From: Eledone cirrhosa
Taxonomy: Eukaryota
Assembly: GCA_964016885.1 (NCBI GenBank)
Contig: OZ024744.1
Span: forward strand, 54,870,001-54,934,000
Direction: 5' to 3'
DNA length: 64,000 nucleotides
The notes beneath the pieces were generated by a model that was given only the letters and a program-made list of their open reading frames with translations, was not told the DNA's origin and made no database searches. Positions 1-12,534 of this stretch are shown here, in pieces; the stretch's first letter is position 1, and each line of letters starts with the position of its first letter. A program made the translations under genes and the position numbers.

Positions 1-580
1 AAGTGAAATTGTCTCTGTGTGTGTATGTCTTCATTTTTGCACCGTCAAGGAAGCACCAGAGGTGTCGCAGCTTCAGCGCGTGTTTGCGCATCATCAGCCA
101 CGGCATGCCCAGCCCTCCACGCAACGGGTGTTGACAGCAGATGGATCGTCTGACCATGGGAGCACGTCCCTTCCATCAAAAGCGGAAGAGAAAGCGCTCC
201 ATTTTTGTCACAGTTGGGCCAGGGCAAGGCACAACGGTTAGGCAGTAGCAGATGACGGATGCGATGAACGCATTCGCCACTTCTGCCCGACCTTTCAGGG
301 ACAGCTTCTCGGCCCATTTCTGGGTGAGAGAAGTCACCCTGTTCGTCACCTCGCTCCAGTTTTTCTCCATCTGGAGGTCCGGACCGAACCAGACCCCGAG
401 CAATTTAACCGATCCTTCCGTCCAGCGCCCCACAACGCTGTCGGGCTGCATGGACTTGCCTCTCCAGGTGCCGAGCTGCAAGCCCACCGACTTTTCCTGG
501 TTTAACTTTGCTCCTGTCACTGCTTCATATTCCTTGAGAGCGGTGCCGAGCATCTGGACATGTCCGGCGCATCAACGGGC
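1..580 (-). mobile_element. Tx1/L1-clade LINE ORF2 fragment (post-RT region), inverted relative to its own 3' UTR
   Basis: ORF 176..553 (TGAKLNQEKSVGLQLGTWRG...VKLLGVWFGPDLQMEKNW) is nearly identical in peptide to ORF2 of the Tx1 elements at 39-42 kb and 59-62 kb. Confidence 0.9.
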
Positions 581-595
581 CCGCTCTGAGTATGC

Positions 596-740
596 GCCTG
601 TAGACTGAGGAGTGGAAAACTGAGAGAGGGAGCTTGCCCTGGTGGTCAGGGTGACCGTGGTCTTTTGTGTGGTTTTCGCTACGAGTGACCCTTGGAAGTT
701 TCCCCCCTATTGGGGAATTTTTTAATTTTTTGATATTTCT
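596..740 (+). mobile_element. Tx1 LINE ORF2 end and 3' UTR, plus orientation
   Basis: gcctgtagactgagg...ggtggtcagggtgaccgtggtcttttgtgtgg...ctattggggaattt matches the reverse complement of 38800-38927. Confidence 0.85.
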
Positions 741-783
741 ATCTTCTTGTTATAACCTTTTTTACACAGCCAAAACCCACGCC

Positions 784-845
784 GGAGAGAACTCGCCCAT
801 GGATCTTGGGAATTTTACCCGCCCTAGATAGATAGATAGATAGAT
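784..845 (+). mobile_element. Very short 5'-truncated copy of the RTE LINE at 14-17 kb with (GATA)n tail
   Basis: ggagagaactcgcccatggatcttgggaattttacccgccctagatagatag matches 17187-17240. Confidence 0.85.
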
Positions 846-1026
846 TTTTATGTGTATATTTGTATATATGTGTATATATATATATGTGTATATATGTTTG
901 TATATGTATATATATATATATATATACGCGTATATATATGTATGTATGTATATGTGTATATATGTGTGTGTATATGTATACATGTGTATATATATATATG
1001 TATATATATATATATGTATATATATG

Positions 1027-1066
<40 letters not shown>

Positions 1067-1362
1067 TGGCAAAGATAATACGTCAGCAATGACGTATTGG
1101 TCATAATGTCGTTATGCAGACAGGCAGACATATATTATAAGGGCGCGACGGTGATGGATAACCGGTGCCTAACACCCTTTTAACAACAGAAAATTGAAAA
1201 ATAAAAGCTGCAGTTAATATCTTTAGACCGCAAGGAATATATAAATGCAAGTTTGAAGTCAATCGGAGTAGAAATGTGGATTTGTATAGAATTTGCAAAA
1301 ATGAGGGGACACACACAGACAACTACAGTTTTATATATATGTATAGATATATATATACATAC

Positions 1363-1421
<59 letters not shown>

Positions 1422-2479
1422 AACATGAATAATAAGAAAAATATAGAGTTCCACACACATACACACACACAAGTAAATTCGACAAGGAGAAACAATACAA
1501 TACAATGATGGCATATTAGTTTAACGCATGTTATAGTTGGGAGGTAGTCTTAACGTTTCGGAAACTGGTCTTTCATTGGAATATTGAAAAAGAGAGGAGA
1601 GAGTAAGTTTGGGAGAGAGATGAAAAATATCAAAACAGATAGGAGTAAAAATGAAAACGGAGTAAAGGGCAGAGATGAGAGAGGAGAGAAAGCATGTTGT
1701 TATCAGAGAGAGAGAGAGAAAGATAGAGAGAAAGAAAGAGATAGAGAGAAAAAGAGAGAGAGAGAGGTGTATGTATGTGTGTGTGTGTATTCTTTATTAA
1801 GGCCACATTTAAGTCTTATTACTCTGGAATGTCACCCGTGTACTCAGACAAGACTTCAACAAAAGAAGTTTTTGCTATTGCAAGATTTTTGCACTTGTCT
1901 TCTTGGACAGGCTTCTCACGCTAGCAGAGGATGTTCTTAAATTTCAATGTCGTTTTCTTCCCTCCAAGGGCCTTGTTGACATGAGTTTTGTTTGCGCATA
2001 ACTACAGATAAAAAGTTGAGGGCAACAACAACGTGTGTTTATTTTTGGGGACATAAAAAGGCTTTGACAAAGTACCAAAACCAACAATATGAAACATCTT
2101 AGTTCGTTTTGATTGTCCTGAAAAATGTTTCCCTTGTTCGCAGACCTTTTCGTTTGAAAGAAGGTCGTGTGTTGGCACCAGGGGCCTCGTTTGCCTTAAA
2201 AATGTGAGGAGGACAAACCGACATTTGTTGATTCTTAAAGGAGCATAAATTGCTTATGGTGCCTTTCCCGGACCCTATCACATAAGTAAAATTTTACACT
2301 AATTAAATTTGATATATTCAAATGAAGTTCGGATATAAAAAATAAACTTAAAAAGAGTTTATTATATCAAAAAATAAAACAAAAAATAAAACATAGACGT
2401 TTGAAAAAGTGTGTGTGGGGGGGGCGTGTGTGTGGGGGGGGGGAGGGATTGTTCCCTGGTACCCCTCTGAAACAATGCC

Positions 2480-3400
2480 CTTGGTTGACACCAACACTAT
2501 TTACTTTATATCTGGCTGATATGATCAACAAGTTACTTCCAGATACTCCTGGTGTAAACGTCGGCTATAGATTAGATGGCGAATTGTTCAATCTCTCTTG
2601 TTTCCGCTCCACAACAAATTTAATTGTCAACTGGGTGTATGAACTACAATTTACAGATGTCAATGCAGCACTAACAAACTGTGAAGCTGATCTTCAAAGG
2701 ACAGTAGACCTATACACGGATGCATATCAGCATTTTGGAACGCGAGTCAATATTGACAAAATAAAGATTGTAATCCAGTCAAGACCTAGATTTGAATGTC
2801 CACATATAAGGCCAACCAGTGGAAACTGTCGGCCATTTTTCCTATCTTCGTTCCATGTTATCATAGAAGGTATCTGCGAAAAAGACATCAATAATAGAAT
2901 TAAGGCTGTCCACTGTGCATGCGGCATTCTTTGGGAATAACAGTCTCACTCTCAAAATGAAAGTTATAGTTTATAAAGCAATAGTCCTCTCAACTTTGCT
3001 TTATGCTTGTGAGACATGTTAGAAAGATTTCCACAAACAAAATTGGGCCACATCCGCCACATTTACTGGAAAATGAAACTGCAAACAACGACGTCCTCTT
3101 CAGAGCTTCTCTCACCATAATAGTGTAGGGCTGGACATACTACTAGAAAGAACCCTACTAGCTTGCAGAGACTATCCTCTTTTCTAGAACTTGTTAATTG
3201 CAAAAGAACTCGCAGTGCATCCAAACAACGCTTTATGGATCAACTCGTCATTCCAAGCAGGAATCAGTCCAGATATTTGCGAAATGACAGCTGTAAATCA
3301 TAAAACCTGGCGGTGAGCTGTCTTTAACGATTTAAATGCTTCTGAAAAACCAACGAAGTCTCCACGATGATCAACAATGCACTGAAAAGAAGGTAAAGAT
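2480..3400 (+). pseudogene. Decayed RTE (BovB-like) LINE reverse transcriptase fragment
   Basis: PTLFTLYLADM...YRLDGELFNL...ELQFTD (degenerate ADD motif) in ORF 2401..2940; similar to the RTE at 24-27 kb. Confidence 0.75.
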
Positions 3401-3691
3401 GAGCTAGCACTGCCCTCGTTTTTAGATTCTTTGCAACATATATATGCCAGCAGCTCTCCTATGGCAAACTGGGACTGTCCAGCTACGTCCTCAAACTCTG
3501 AGACACTATTTTATAACGGACTCTGACTGTCCAGCCATGCCCTCTTCCTCATAGATTCTTGTATAACATATACCGACAATTATTCCATAACAAACTGGAA
3601 CTCTCCAGCCACGTCCGTTATAGGAATCGTAACAGAAATGTCTAGCTAAATAAATAAAAAAACAATGTTTGGAATCGAGCTGGCGCCAGCG

Positions 3692-3724
<33 letters not shown>

Positions 3725-3794
3725 TGTATGTATGTATGTATGTATGTATGTATGTGTGTGTGTATGTATGTATGTATGTATGTATGTATGTATG

Positions 3795-4666
3795 TCAGGT
3801 CACCACTTGGTGCTACTGGTAACATGTATCCCAGTACAACCTGTCTCATGGTCGGGTCGTTGGCGACTAAACTGGCAACCCCACCAAGGTTTCTTGCTGA
3901 GGAGGGTGACTTTGGACATCCTGCAGGACTAAAAACAAAACCTGTCAAAGGGCAAAGGAGCTATTAAGAGTCAATGGCCATCCAAAATCACCGGGAGAGA
4001 TGACCCCTTAGCCTTTGTCAAGGCAGAATTCTTGGAGAAGGAAAACTCTGATATAATACCTGCAACCCTGATGGTATCCAATGATGTTGACTTGTTCTTC
4101 TTTTTGGTAAATATCATCTTGGTTAAGAGAGTGGGACTGGCTCTGTGCAGTGCCTTTGCTCACTATAAAAGCTTCACGGCACAGGCATTGCTTTATATCT
4201 GGAGATCTCTCTGCACTTATCGTCACATGGTACCATGGGCCCAGCACTGTGTGTCAATAATTGTCACAGGTGTAGTGTTTGTACCAGAGTTTTCAAGTCG
4301 CTGGCTGGACTAAAAAGTCACACTTGTTCAGCGCATCGGTAGGGGTTCTCCTACATGGATATAAAGTAGTGGCCGTACTCGAAAACGAGTTGGCAGCCAC
4401 CATGTATGTATGTATGTATGTATGTATGTATGTATGTATGTATGTATGTATGTATGTATGTATGTATGTATGTATGTATGTATGTCGTCACATGGTACCA
4501 TGGGCCTAGCACTATGTGTCAATAATTGTCACAAGTGTAGTGTTTGTACTAGAGTTTTCAAGTCACTGGCTGGACTAAAGTTACATTCGTTCAGCGCATC
4601 GGTAGGGGTTCTCCTACATGGATATAAAGTAGTGGCCGTACTCGAAAACGAGTTGGCAGCCACCAT
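3795..4666 (+). mobile_element. RTE-derived non-autonomous element with tandem duplication of its 3' part (about 4219-4403 repeated at 4484-4666), (GTAT)n tails
   Basis: Family recurs at 5004, 27805-27981 and 50347-51165; 3' part encodes a CSVCTRVFKSLAGLKLH zinc-finger remnant typical of RTE ORF ends. Confidence 0.65.
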
Positions 4667-4673
4667 GTATGTA

Positions 4674-4754
<81 letters not shown>

Positions 4755-4756
<2 letters not shown>

Positions 4757-5932
4757 CTACCGAGCCGCAAGTTTTATCCCATGATGTTGATATTTTCTTC
4801 TTTTCGGGTTATAATTACTGTCGCTCAGAGAGTGGGATTGGCTCAGTGCACAGTCTTTCCTCACAAAGAAATCTCCACGCACAAGTATTGCATGATAGCG
4901 TTAATATATAATTATAATTATATTAATAATGTTATAACGTGCATTGGCCATACTCGATAACGAGGGGTAGTCATCATCATCATCATGTATGTATGTATGT
5001 ATGTCAGGTCGCTCTCGAGTGCTACTGGTAACATGTAACCCAGTACAACCTGTCTCATGGTCAGGTCGTCGGCGACTAAATCGACAACCACACCAAGCTA
5101 CCTTGGTGAGGAGGGTGATATTTGGACCCCCTACAGGATGACATACAAGACCCGGCAAAGGGTGGAGGAACTAAGCAAAGTCAACAGCCATCCAAATAGT
5201 GCTTTTTTCCCCCCACCTGGGAGTGAAAGGCCCCCAGTTGTTGTTACAACACCTTTCTAGGAGAGGGAAACTCTAAAAAAAACTTGCGGCTTCGGAAGCA
5301 TCCGATGATGTTGACCAGTTCTTCTTTTCGGGTAGTGTCTGCGATGCTCAGGGAGTGGAATTAGTCGAGTGCAAGGCCTTACCCCACTTAAAAACACCCT
5401 CAAAGCACAGGCATTGCTTGTTCAGGATATGTTACAGGTTTTGTGTGGCTGGCCGTAGCCTAAAAGTGCACCAAACTCTATAATCTGACAAGCGATTGCA
5501 GAACTCTTAGCAGAGTTTGCAGCCATTATATATGTATGTATCTTTGTATGGGCGGAAGAACTCATAAGAGTCAACGGCCATCCGAAAGTGTGTAAATATG
5601 TATATATAAATGTACCGCGCGGTTAAACCACTGAGAGTGAAGGACTCCTAGCCTTTGTCAGGGCATTCTTCTAGGAGAAGGCAACTCAGGAAGCTGGGAT
5701 AATTCTGATATAAAACCTGCGGCTCAGTAGTTACCAATGATGTTGATCTTTTCTTCTTTTCAGGTTATAGCTAGTGTCGCTCAGAGAGTGGGATTGGCTC
5801 AGTGTACAGTCTTTCCTCACTTTAAAAAATATCTTCATGCACAGGCATTGCACGATAGAATTAATTAATAATTATTAATAATGGTATATCGTGCAATGGC
5901 CATACTCGATAACGAGGGGGCAGCCATCATCA
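4755..5932 (+). mobile_element. Three further pieces of the same RTE-derived non-autonomous family (4755-4986, 5004-5530, 5550-5932)
   Basis: Shared blocks gatgttga..ttcttcttttc, agagtgggattggctcagtg and ggccatactcgataacgagggg. Confidence 0.65.
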
Positions 5933-6284
5933 TGTATGTATGTATGTATGTATGTATGTATGTATGTATGTATGTATGTATGTATGTATGTATGTGTGCA
6001 TGTATGGGTGTGTATGTTTGTATGTATGTATGTGTATATATGTATGTATGGATGGATGAATGTTTGCATGTACGTATTTACGTATGTATGTCTGTATGTT
6101 TGTATGTTTGGATGTGTGTATGTATGTACGTGTGTTTGTATTACGTATGGATGTTTGTATGTATGCATGTATGTATGTATGTCCCATACACAGTGGGACA
6201 TGGTAAACAGTTGTTTTCTTGTCAGAAACCCTCCAATATTCTCGCCAGCTGTGAAAACAGACTATATGTGTGAGTAAAAGAAAT

Positions 6285-6900
6285 GGTGACGGTGGCGGTG
6301 GTGGTGGTGGTGGTGGTGGCGGTGGTGACGCTGGTCGTGGTGGTGGTGACGGTGGTGGTGGTGGCGGTGGTGGTGGTGGTGGTGGTGGTGGTGGTGGCGG
6401 TGGTGACGCTGGTCGTGGTGGTGGTGACGGTGGTGGTGGTGGCGGCGGTGGTGGTGGTGGTAGTGGTTGTGGTGGTGGTGGTGGTGGTTTTGGTGGTGGT
6501 GGTGATGATGGTGGTTGTGACGGTGGTGTTGATGGTGGTTGTGGCGACGGCGGCGGTGGTGGTGGTGGTCCTGGTGATGGTTGTGGTGGAGGTGCTGCTG
6601 CTATTGTTGGTTATGGTGGTGATGGTGATGGTGCTGGTGGTGGTCATGGGAGTTGTGGTGGTGGTAGTGATGGTGTTGTGATGCTGGTGCTGGTGCTGCT
6701 GCTGCTGCTGCTGCTGCTACTGGTGACAGCAGGGGAGAGGATAGACGCGGTAGCGACATGCAGCATTTGTTGTGGCCGTGGTGGCTGCGGCGACATTGTA
6801 GTTGTTGCTGTTTGTGGTAGAGTGGTGGTGGTGGTGGTGGTGGTGGTGGTGATATCAGAGACAGTTGCGGTGGCGAGGATGTAGTTATTAATGGTGGTAG
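6285..6900. repeat. (GGT)n-rich low-complexity tract
   Basis: Direct inspection. Confidence 0.9.
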
Positions 6901-6974
6901 TCGTTGTCTAAGGCGGTGGTGGTTAAGTTAGTGATGGTTTCAAAGGCGATGGCGGTGCCGGCGGCGATGTTACT

Positions 6975-9900
6975 TGTTGGTAATGGAGGTAGTGGTGGGG
7001 AAGGTGGGGAAGGTGGTGGCGATAGTCGGTTGGTAATGGAGGTAGTGGTGGGGAAGGTGGGGAAGGTGGTGGCGATAGTCGGGTGGTAATGGAGGTAGTG
7101 GTGGGGAAGGTGGGGAAGGTGGTGGCGATAGTCGGGTGGTAATGGAGGTAGTGGTGGGGAAGGTGGGGAAGGTGGTGGCGATAGTCGGGTGGTAATGGAG
7201 GTAGTGGTGGGGAAGGTGGGGAAGGTGGGGAAGGTGGTGGCGATAGTCGGTTGGTAATGGAGGTAGTGGTGGGGAAGGTGGGGAAGGTGGTGGCGATAGT
7301 CGGGTGGTAATGGAGGTAGTGGTGGGGAAGGTGGGGAAGGCGGTGGCGATAGTCGGGTGGTAATGGAGGTAGTGGTGGGGAAGGTGGGGAAGGTGGTGGC
7401 GATAGTCGGTTGGTAATGGAGGTAGTGGTGGGGAAGGTGGGGAAGGTGGTGGCGATAGTCGGGTGGTAATGGAGGTAGTGGTGGGGAAGGTGGGGAAGGT
7501 GGTGGCGATAGTCGGGTGGTAATGGAGGTAGTGGTGGGGAAGGTGGTGGCGATAGTCGGGTGGTAATGGAGGTAGTGGTGGGGAAGGTGGGGAAGGTGGT
7601 GGCGATAGTCGGGTGGTAATGGAGGTAGTGGTGGGGAAGGTGGGGAAGGTGGTGGCGATAGTCGGGTGGTAATGGAGGTAGTGGTGGGGAAGGTGGGGAA
7701 GGTGGTGGCGATAGTCGGTTGGTAATGGAGGTAGTGGTGGGGAAGGTGGGGAAGGTGGGGAAGGTGGGGAAGGTGGTGGCGATAGTCGGTTGGTAATGGA
7801 GGTAGTGGTGGGGAAGGGGGTGGCGATAGTCGGGTGGTAATGGAGGTAGTGGTGGGGAAGGCGGTGGCGATAGTCGGGTGGTAATGGAGGTAGTGGTGGG
7901 GAAGGTGGTGGCGATAGTCGGGTGGTAATGGAGGTAGTGGTGGGGAAGGTGGTGGCGATAGTCGGGTGGTAATGGAGGTAGTGGTGGGGAAGGTGGGGAA
8001 GGTGGTGGCGATAGTCGGGTGGTAATGGAGGTAGTGGTGGGGAAGGTGGGGAAGGTGGTGGCGATAGTCGGTTGGTAATGGAGGTAGTGGTGGGGAAGGT
8101 GGTGGCGATAGTCGGGTGGTAATGGAGGTAGTGGTGGGGAAGGTGGTGGCGATAGTCGGTTGGTAATGGAGGTAGTGGTGGGGAAGGTGGTGGCGATAGT
8201 CGGTTGGTAATGGAGGTAGTGGTGGGGAAGGTGGGGAAGGTGGTGGCGATAGTCGGGTGGTAATGGAGGTAGTGGTGGGGAAGGCGGTGGCGATAGTCGG
8301 TTGGTAATGGAGGTAGTGGTGGGGAAGGTGGTGGCGATAGTCGGTTGGTAATGGAGGTAGTGGTGGGGAAGGTGGGGAAGGTGGTGGCGATAGTCGGGTG
8401 GTAATGGAGGTAGTGGTGGGGAAGGTGGGGAAGGTGGTGGCGATAGTCGGGTGGTAATGGAGGTAGTGGTGGGGAAGGTGGGGAAGGTGGTGGCGATAGT
8501 CGGGTGGTAATGGAGGTAGTGGTGGGGAAGGTGGTGGCGATAGTCGGGTGGTAATGGAGGTAGTGGTGGGGAAGGTGGGGAAGGCGGTGGCGATAGTCGG
8601 TTGGTAATGGAGGTAGTGGTGGGGAAGGTGGGGAAGGTGGTGGCGATAGTCGGTTGGTAATGGAGGTAGTGGTGGGGAAGGTGGGGAAGGTGGTGGCGAT
8701 AGTCGGGTGGTAATGGAGGTAGTGGTGGGGAAGGTGGGGAAGGTGGTGGCGATAGTCGGTTGGTAATGGAGGTAGTGGTGGGGAAGGTGGGGAAGGTGGT
8801 GGCGATAGTCGGTTGGTAATGGAGGTAGTGGTGGGGAAGGTGGGGAAGGTGGTGGCGATAGTCGGGTGGTAATGGAGGTAGTGGTGGGGAAGGTGGTGGC
8901 GATAGTCGGGTGGTAATGGAGGTAGTGGTGGGGAAGGTGGGGAAGGTGGTGGCGATAGTCGGGTGGTAATGGAGGTAGTGGTGGGGAAGGTGGGGAAGGC
9001 GGTGGCGATAGTCGGTTGGTAATGGAGGTAGTGGTGGGGAAGGTGGGGAAGGTGGTGGCGATAGTCGGTTGGTAATGGAGGTAGTGGTGGGGAAGGTGGG
9101 GAAGGTGGTGGCGATAGTCGGGTGGTAATGGAGGTAGTGGTGGGGAAGGTGGGGAAGGTGGTGGCGATAGTCGGTTGGTAATGGAGGTAGTGGTGGGGAA
9201 GGTGGGGAAGGTGGTGGCGATAGTCGGGTGGTAATGGAGGTAGTGGTGGGGAAGGCGGTGGCGATAGTCGGTTGGTAATGGAGGTAGTGGTGGGGAAGGT
9301 GGTGGCGATAGTCGGTTGGTAATGGAGGTAGTGGTGGGGAAGGTGGTGGCGATAGTCGGGTGGTAATGGAGGTAGTGGTGGGGAAGGTGGGGAAGGTGGT
9401 GGCGATAGTCGGGTGGTAATGGAGGTAGTGGTGGGGAAGGTGGTGGCGATAGTCGGGTGGTAATGGAGGTAGTGGTGGGGAAGGTGGTGGCGATAGTCGG
9501 TTGGTAATGGAGGTAGTGGTGGGGAAGATGGGGAAGGTGGTGGCGATAGTCGGGTGGTAATGGAGGTAGTGGTGGGGAAGGTGGGGAAGGCGGTGGCGAT
9601 AGTCGGGTGGTAATGGAGGTAGTGGTGGGGAAGGTGGGGAAGGTGGTGGCGATAGTCGGGTGGTAATGGAGGTAGTGGTGGGGAAGGTGGGGAAGGCGGT
9701 GGCGATAGTCGGTTGGTAATGGAGGTAGTGGTGGGGAGGTGGGGAAGGTGGTGGCGATAGTCGGTTGGTAATGGAGGTAGTGGTGGGGAAGGTGGTGGCG
9801 ATAGTCGGGTGGTAATGGAGGTAGTGGTGGGGAAGGTGGGGAAGGTGGTGGCGATAGTCGGGTGGTAATGGAGGTAGTGGTGGGGAAGGTGGTGGCGATA

Positions 9901-10398
9901 GTCGGGTGGTAATGGAGGTAGTGGTGGGGAAGGTGGTGGCGATAGTCGGGTGGTAATGGAGGTAGTGGTGGGGAAGGGGGTGGCGATAGTCGGTTGGTAA
10001 TGGAGGTAGTGGTGGGGAAGGGGGTGGCGATAGTCGGTTGGTAATGGAGGTAGTGGTGGGGAAGGTGGTGGCGATAGTCGGTTGGTAATGGAGGTAGTGG
10101 TGGGGAAGGTGGTGGCGATAGTCGGGTGGTAATGGAGGTAGTGGTGGGGAAGGTGGTGGCGATAGTCGGTTGGTAATGGAGGTAGTGGTGGGGAAGGTGG
10201 GGAAGGTGGTGGCGATAGTCGGGTGGTAATGGAGGTAGTGGTGGGGAAGGTGGGGAAGGCGGTGGCGATAGTCGGGTGGTAATGGAGGTAGTGGTGGGGA
10301 AGGTGGTGGCGATAGTCGGTTGGTAATGGAGGTAGTGGTGGGGAAGGTGGTGGCGATAGTCGGGTGGTAATGGAGGTAGTGGTGGGGAAGGTGGTGGC
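6975..10398. repeat. G-rich minisatellite, unit 44 bp + 9n (ggtggtggcgatagtcggKtggtaatggaggtagtggtggggaa[ggtggggaa]0-3), about 70 units
   Basis: gatagtc recurs at 7021, 7074, 7127 (53 bp spacing) and at 44 bp spacing elsewhere. Confidence 0.95.
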
Positions 10399-10644
10399 GG
10401 AGGGGGTCGTCGTCGTTGTGGCGATGGTGGTGGTGGTGGTGGTGGTGGTCGTCGTCGTCGTCGTTGTCGTCGTCGTCAGTGTCGTCGTCGTGGTGTGATT
10501 GCCTGTCTTCACCGAAACTAGGCTGCGTTGAAATTACGGAAGTAGAACATTTGTTTAGTTGAGTGAGGAATTCTCTGTTGGCAACGTTACGTTGTAATGT
10601 TTCAGCCACATATGTCACTTGTATAATATCTGTGTATATGCGCT

Positions 10645-10748
10645 CCCGCCGAGGTTAACTTTGCTTTCATCCTTACGGGGTCGATAAAATAAAGTACCAG
10701 TAATGTACTGAGTATTTGCTGGCCTTGTGCCAAATGTAGAAACAATTA
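10645..10748 (+). mobile_element. 5'-truncated tRNA-derived SINE
   Basis: ccgaggttaactttgctttcatccttacggggtcgataaaataaagtaccag body shared with about 10 copies in the window. Confidence 0.9.
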
Positions 10749-11108
10749 TGTCTACATCTACATACATATATCAGTGATTATGTCCATATATATATATATA
10801 TGTATACACACGTATGATTAAGTTAAATCTTATTTTATGGTGGTAAATAAATAAAAAGTAAACAATCACAAATAGGCTCATGTATTAGCAATACCGTTTC
10901 AGCGCCGAATAAAATGCTTTATACTATTTGTTCCGACTCTTTAGATTTTGAGTTTAAATCAACCGAGGTCAACATTACCTCTTATCTTTCCATTGTAGAT
11001 AAAATAAAGCAACAGTCAAGTACAGGAGTAGATTTAATCGACTTTTTCCTCCCCATAAAATTATTGGCATTGCCTCTGACTTACAAACCATCATAAACAC
11101 ACGAACGC

Positions 11109-11160
<52 letters not shown>

Positions 11161-11164
<4 letters not shown>

Positions 11165-11702
11165 CAATAATAATGAGTTCAAATCTCAGCCGATCATTTA
11201 CAATGAAATAGCTCGAAGAAAGAGTATTTCTGAGCCGTGTAATATAGGTTAACACAAATCAATATATTTGATAAACACAAATATCCTCATATTTATGTTT
11301 GTATTGTAAATGACCAAGTTAGCTAGATAGAAATATACTAATAATAATATTACAGTTTGCCTATCATAACTTAAGATAATACATCATAAATCAACAAAAA
11401 CAAATTGTACTGGCAATGGCCGTAGTGCTTGGACAAATTTAAATTTCAAAATCAAACCTGTTCCGTAGATAGGTTTAAACCTTAAAATCCAAATATGTTT
11501 CGAATAATGAAAAAGTGGAAGAAAATACCGCATTTTGATCTCCTCAGCAAGCACTATAAAAATTGGTATGTTCCACTTCAAAATATTTAGGAAGACTGTA
11601 TAGCGCACGAGGTAACCTCTAGCTAACTTGGTCATTTACAATACAAACATAAATATGAGGATATTTGTGTTTATCAAATATATTGATTTGTGTTAACCTA
11701 TA
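11161..11702 (-). mobile_element. Penelope-type fold-back element A (arms about 11243-11327 and 11619-11702, left tail) in (TA)n
   Basis: About 85 bp near-perfect inverted arms; hammerhead in the spacer. Confidence 0.75.
11423..11556 (-). ncRNA. Type I hammerhead ribozyme (family A)
   Basis: Minus strand: TAGTGCTTG CTGAGGA [39 nt stem II] GAAA CATATTT..AAATTTG TC CAAGCACTA; 9-bp perfect stem I, GUC site. Confidence 0.8.
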
Positions 11703-11748
11703 TATATATATATATATATATTCCACACACACTCTCTCTCTCTCTCCA

Positions 11749-11784
<36 letters not shown>

Positions 11785-11886
11785 GCAGAAGTTATATTTA
11801 ATTTGTTGGGATTCAACAACCTTAAAAGTTTTATAACTGATATAAAGCACTCAACAAGTACTGGAGTAAATATTCAATATATTAAT

Positions 11887-11977
11887 TGTTTCTACTTTAG
11901 GCACAAGGCCAGCAAATACCCAGTGCTGGTACTTTATTTTATCGACCCCGTAAGGATGAAAGGCAAAGTCAACCTCG
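11887..11977 (-). mobile_element. 5'-truncated SINE inserted in the left arm of fold-back F
   Basis: SINE body; TSD ATATTAAT at 11879-11886 and 11978-11985; absent from the right arm. Confidence 0.9.
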
Positions 11978-12015
11978 ATATTAATAAATGGAAACTATAT
12001 TTATAAAACCATAAT

Positions 12016-12080
12016 TATTTTATTATATATATTTCAAGGGCAACCAAGGCAGTTTTGGTGCGCTTTCATCAGATAAAATA
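12016..12080 (-). ncRNA. Type I minimal hammerhead ribozyme (family F, left arm)
   Basis: Reverse complement of 12131-12195. Confidence 0.8.
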
Positions 12081-12130
12081 CAAAAAGGTTGTTTTTCTAC
12101 GGGTATGCAACATTTATGAAATAAATTTTG

Positions 12131-12195
12131 TATTTTATCTGATGAAAGCGCACCAAAACTGCCTTGGTTGCCCTTGAAATATATATAATAAAATA
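12131..12195 (+). ncRNA. Type I minimal hammerhead ribozyme (family F, right arm)
   Basis: TATTTTAT CTGATGA AAGCGCACCAA..TTGGTTGCCCTT GAAA TATATA TA ATAAAATA; 8-bp stem I, palindromic stem III. Confidence 0.8.
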
Positions 12196-12325
12196 ATTAT
12201 GGTTTTATAAATATAGTTTCCATTTATTAATATATTGAATATTTACTCCAGTTACTTGTTGAGTGCTTTATATCAGTTATAAAACTTTTAAGCTTGTTGA
12301 ATCCCAACAAATTAAATATAACTTC

Positions 12326-12367
<42 letters not shown>

Positions 12368-12534
12368 ATCGGAGAAAGCTTTTTAGCGATACTCCGGCCA
12401 AATTCCAACTCACTCAACAAACATTAGGAAATAAGTGATTATATTCCCAATTATGCGTTCGGGGTGCTAACTAAAAGTATTGCGTGGAAAATTGGCTGTA
12501 TTATTTCATATGAGATATATCGAATATATCTCTT

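Larger units (their letters stand above)
11781..12330. mobile_element. Fold-back element F (near-identical arms, about 40 bp spacer at 12086-12125) in (TA)n
   Basis: tgcagaagttatatttaatttg... versus ...caaattaaatataacttctgca. Confidence 0.9.

Noticed and set aside
1545-1585. Hammerhead-like CCAATGA..GAAACGTTA on the minus strand
   Set aside because: Core mutated; no stem I and weak stem II
6975-10398. CRISPR-like array
   Set aside because: No unique spacers, no cas genes, eukaryotic context
6923-10618. 1231-aa and 1180-aa Pro/His/Thr-rich ORFs
   Set aside because: They translate the stop-free C-rich strand of a 44/53-bp tandem repeat. The unit length is not a multiple of 3, and the same peptides cycle through all frames.
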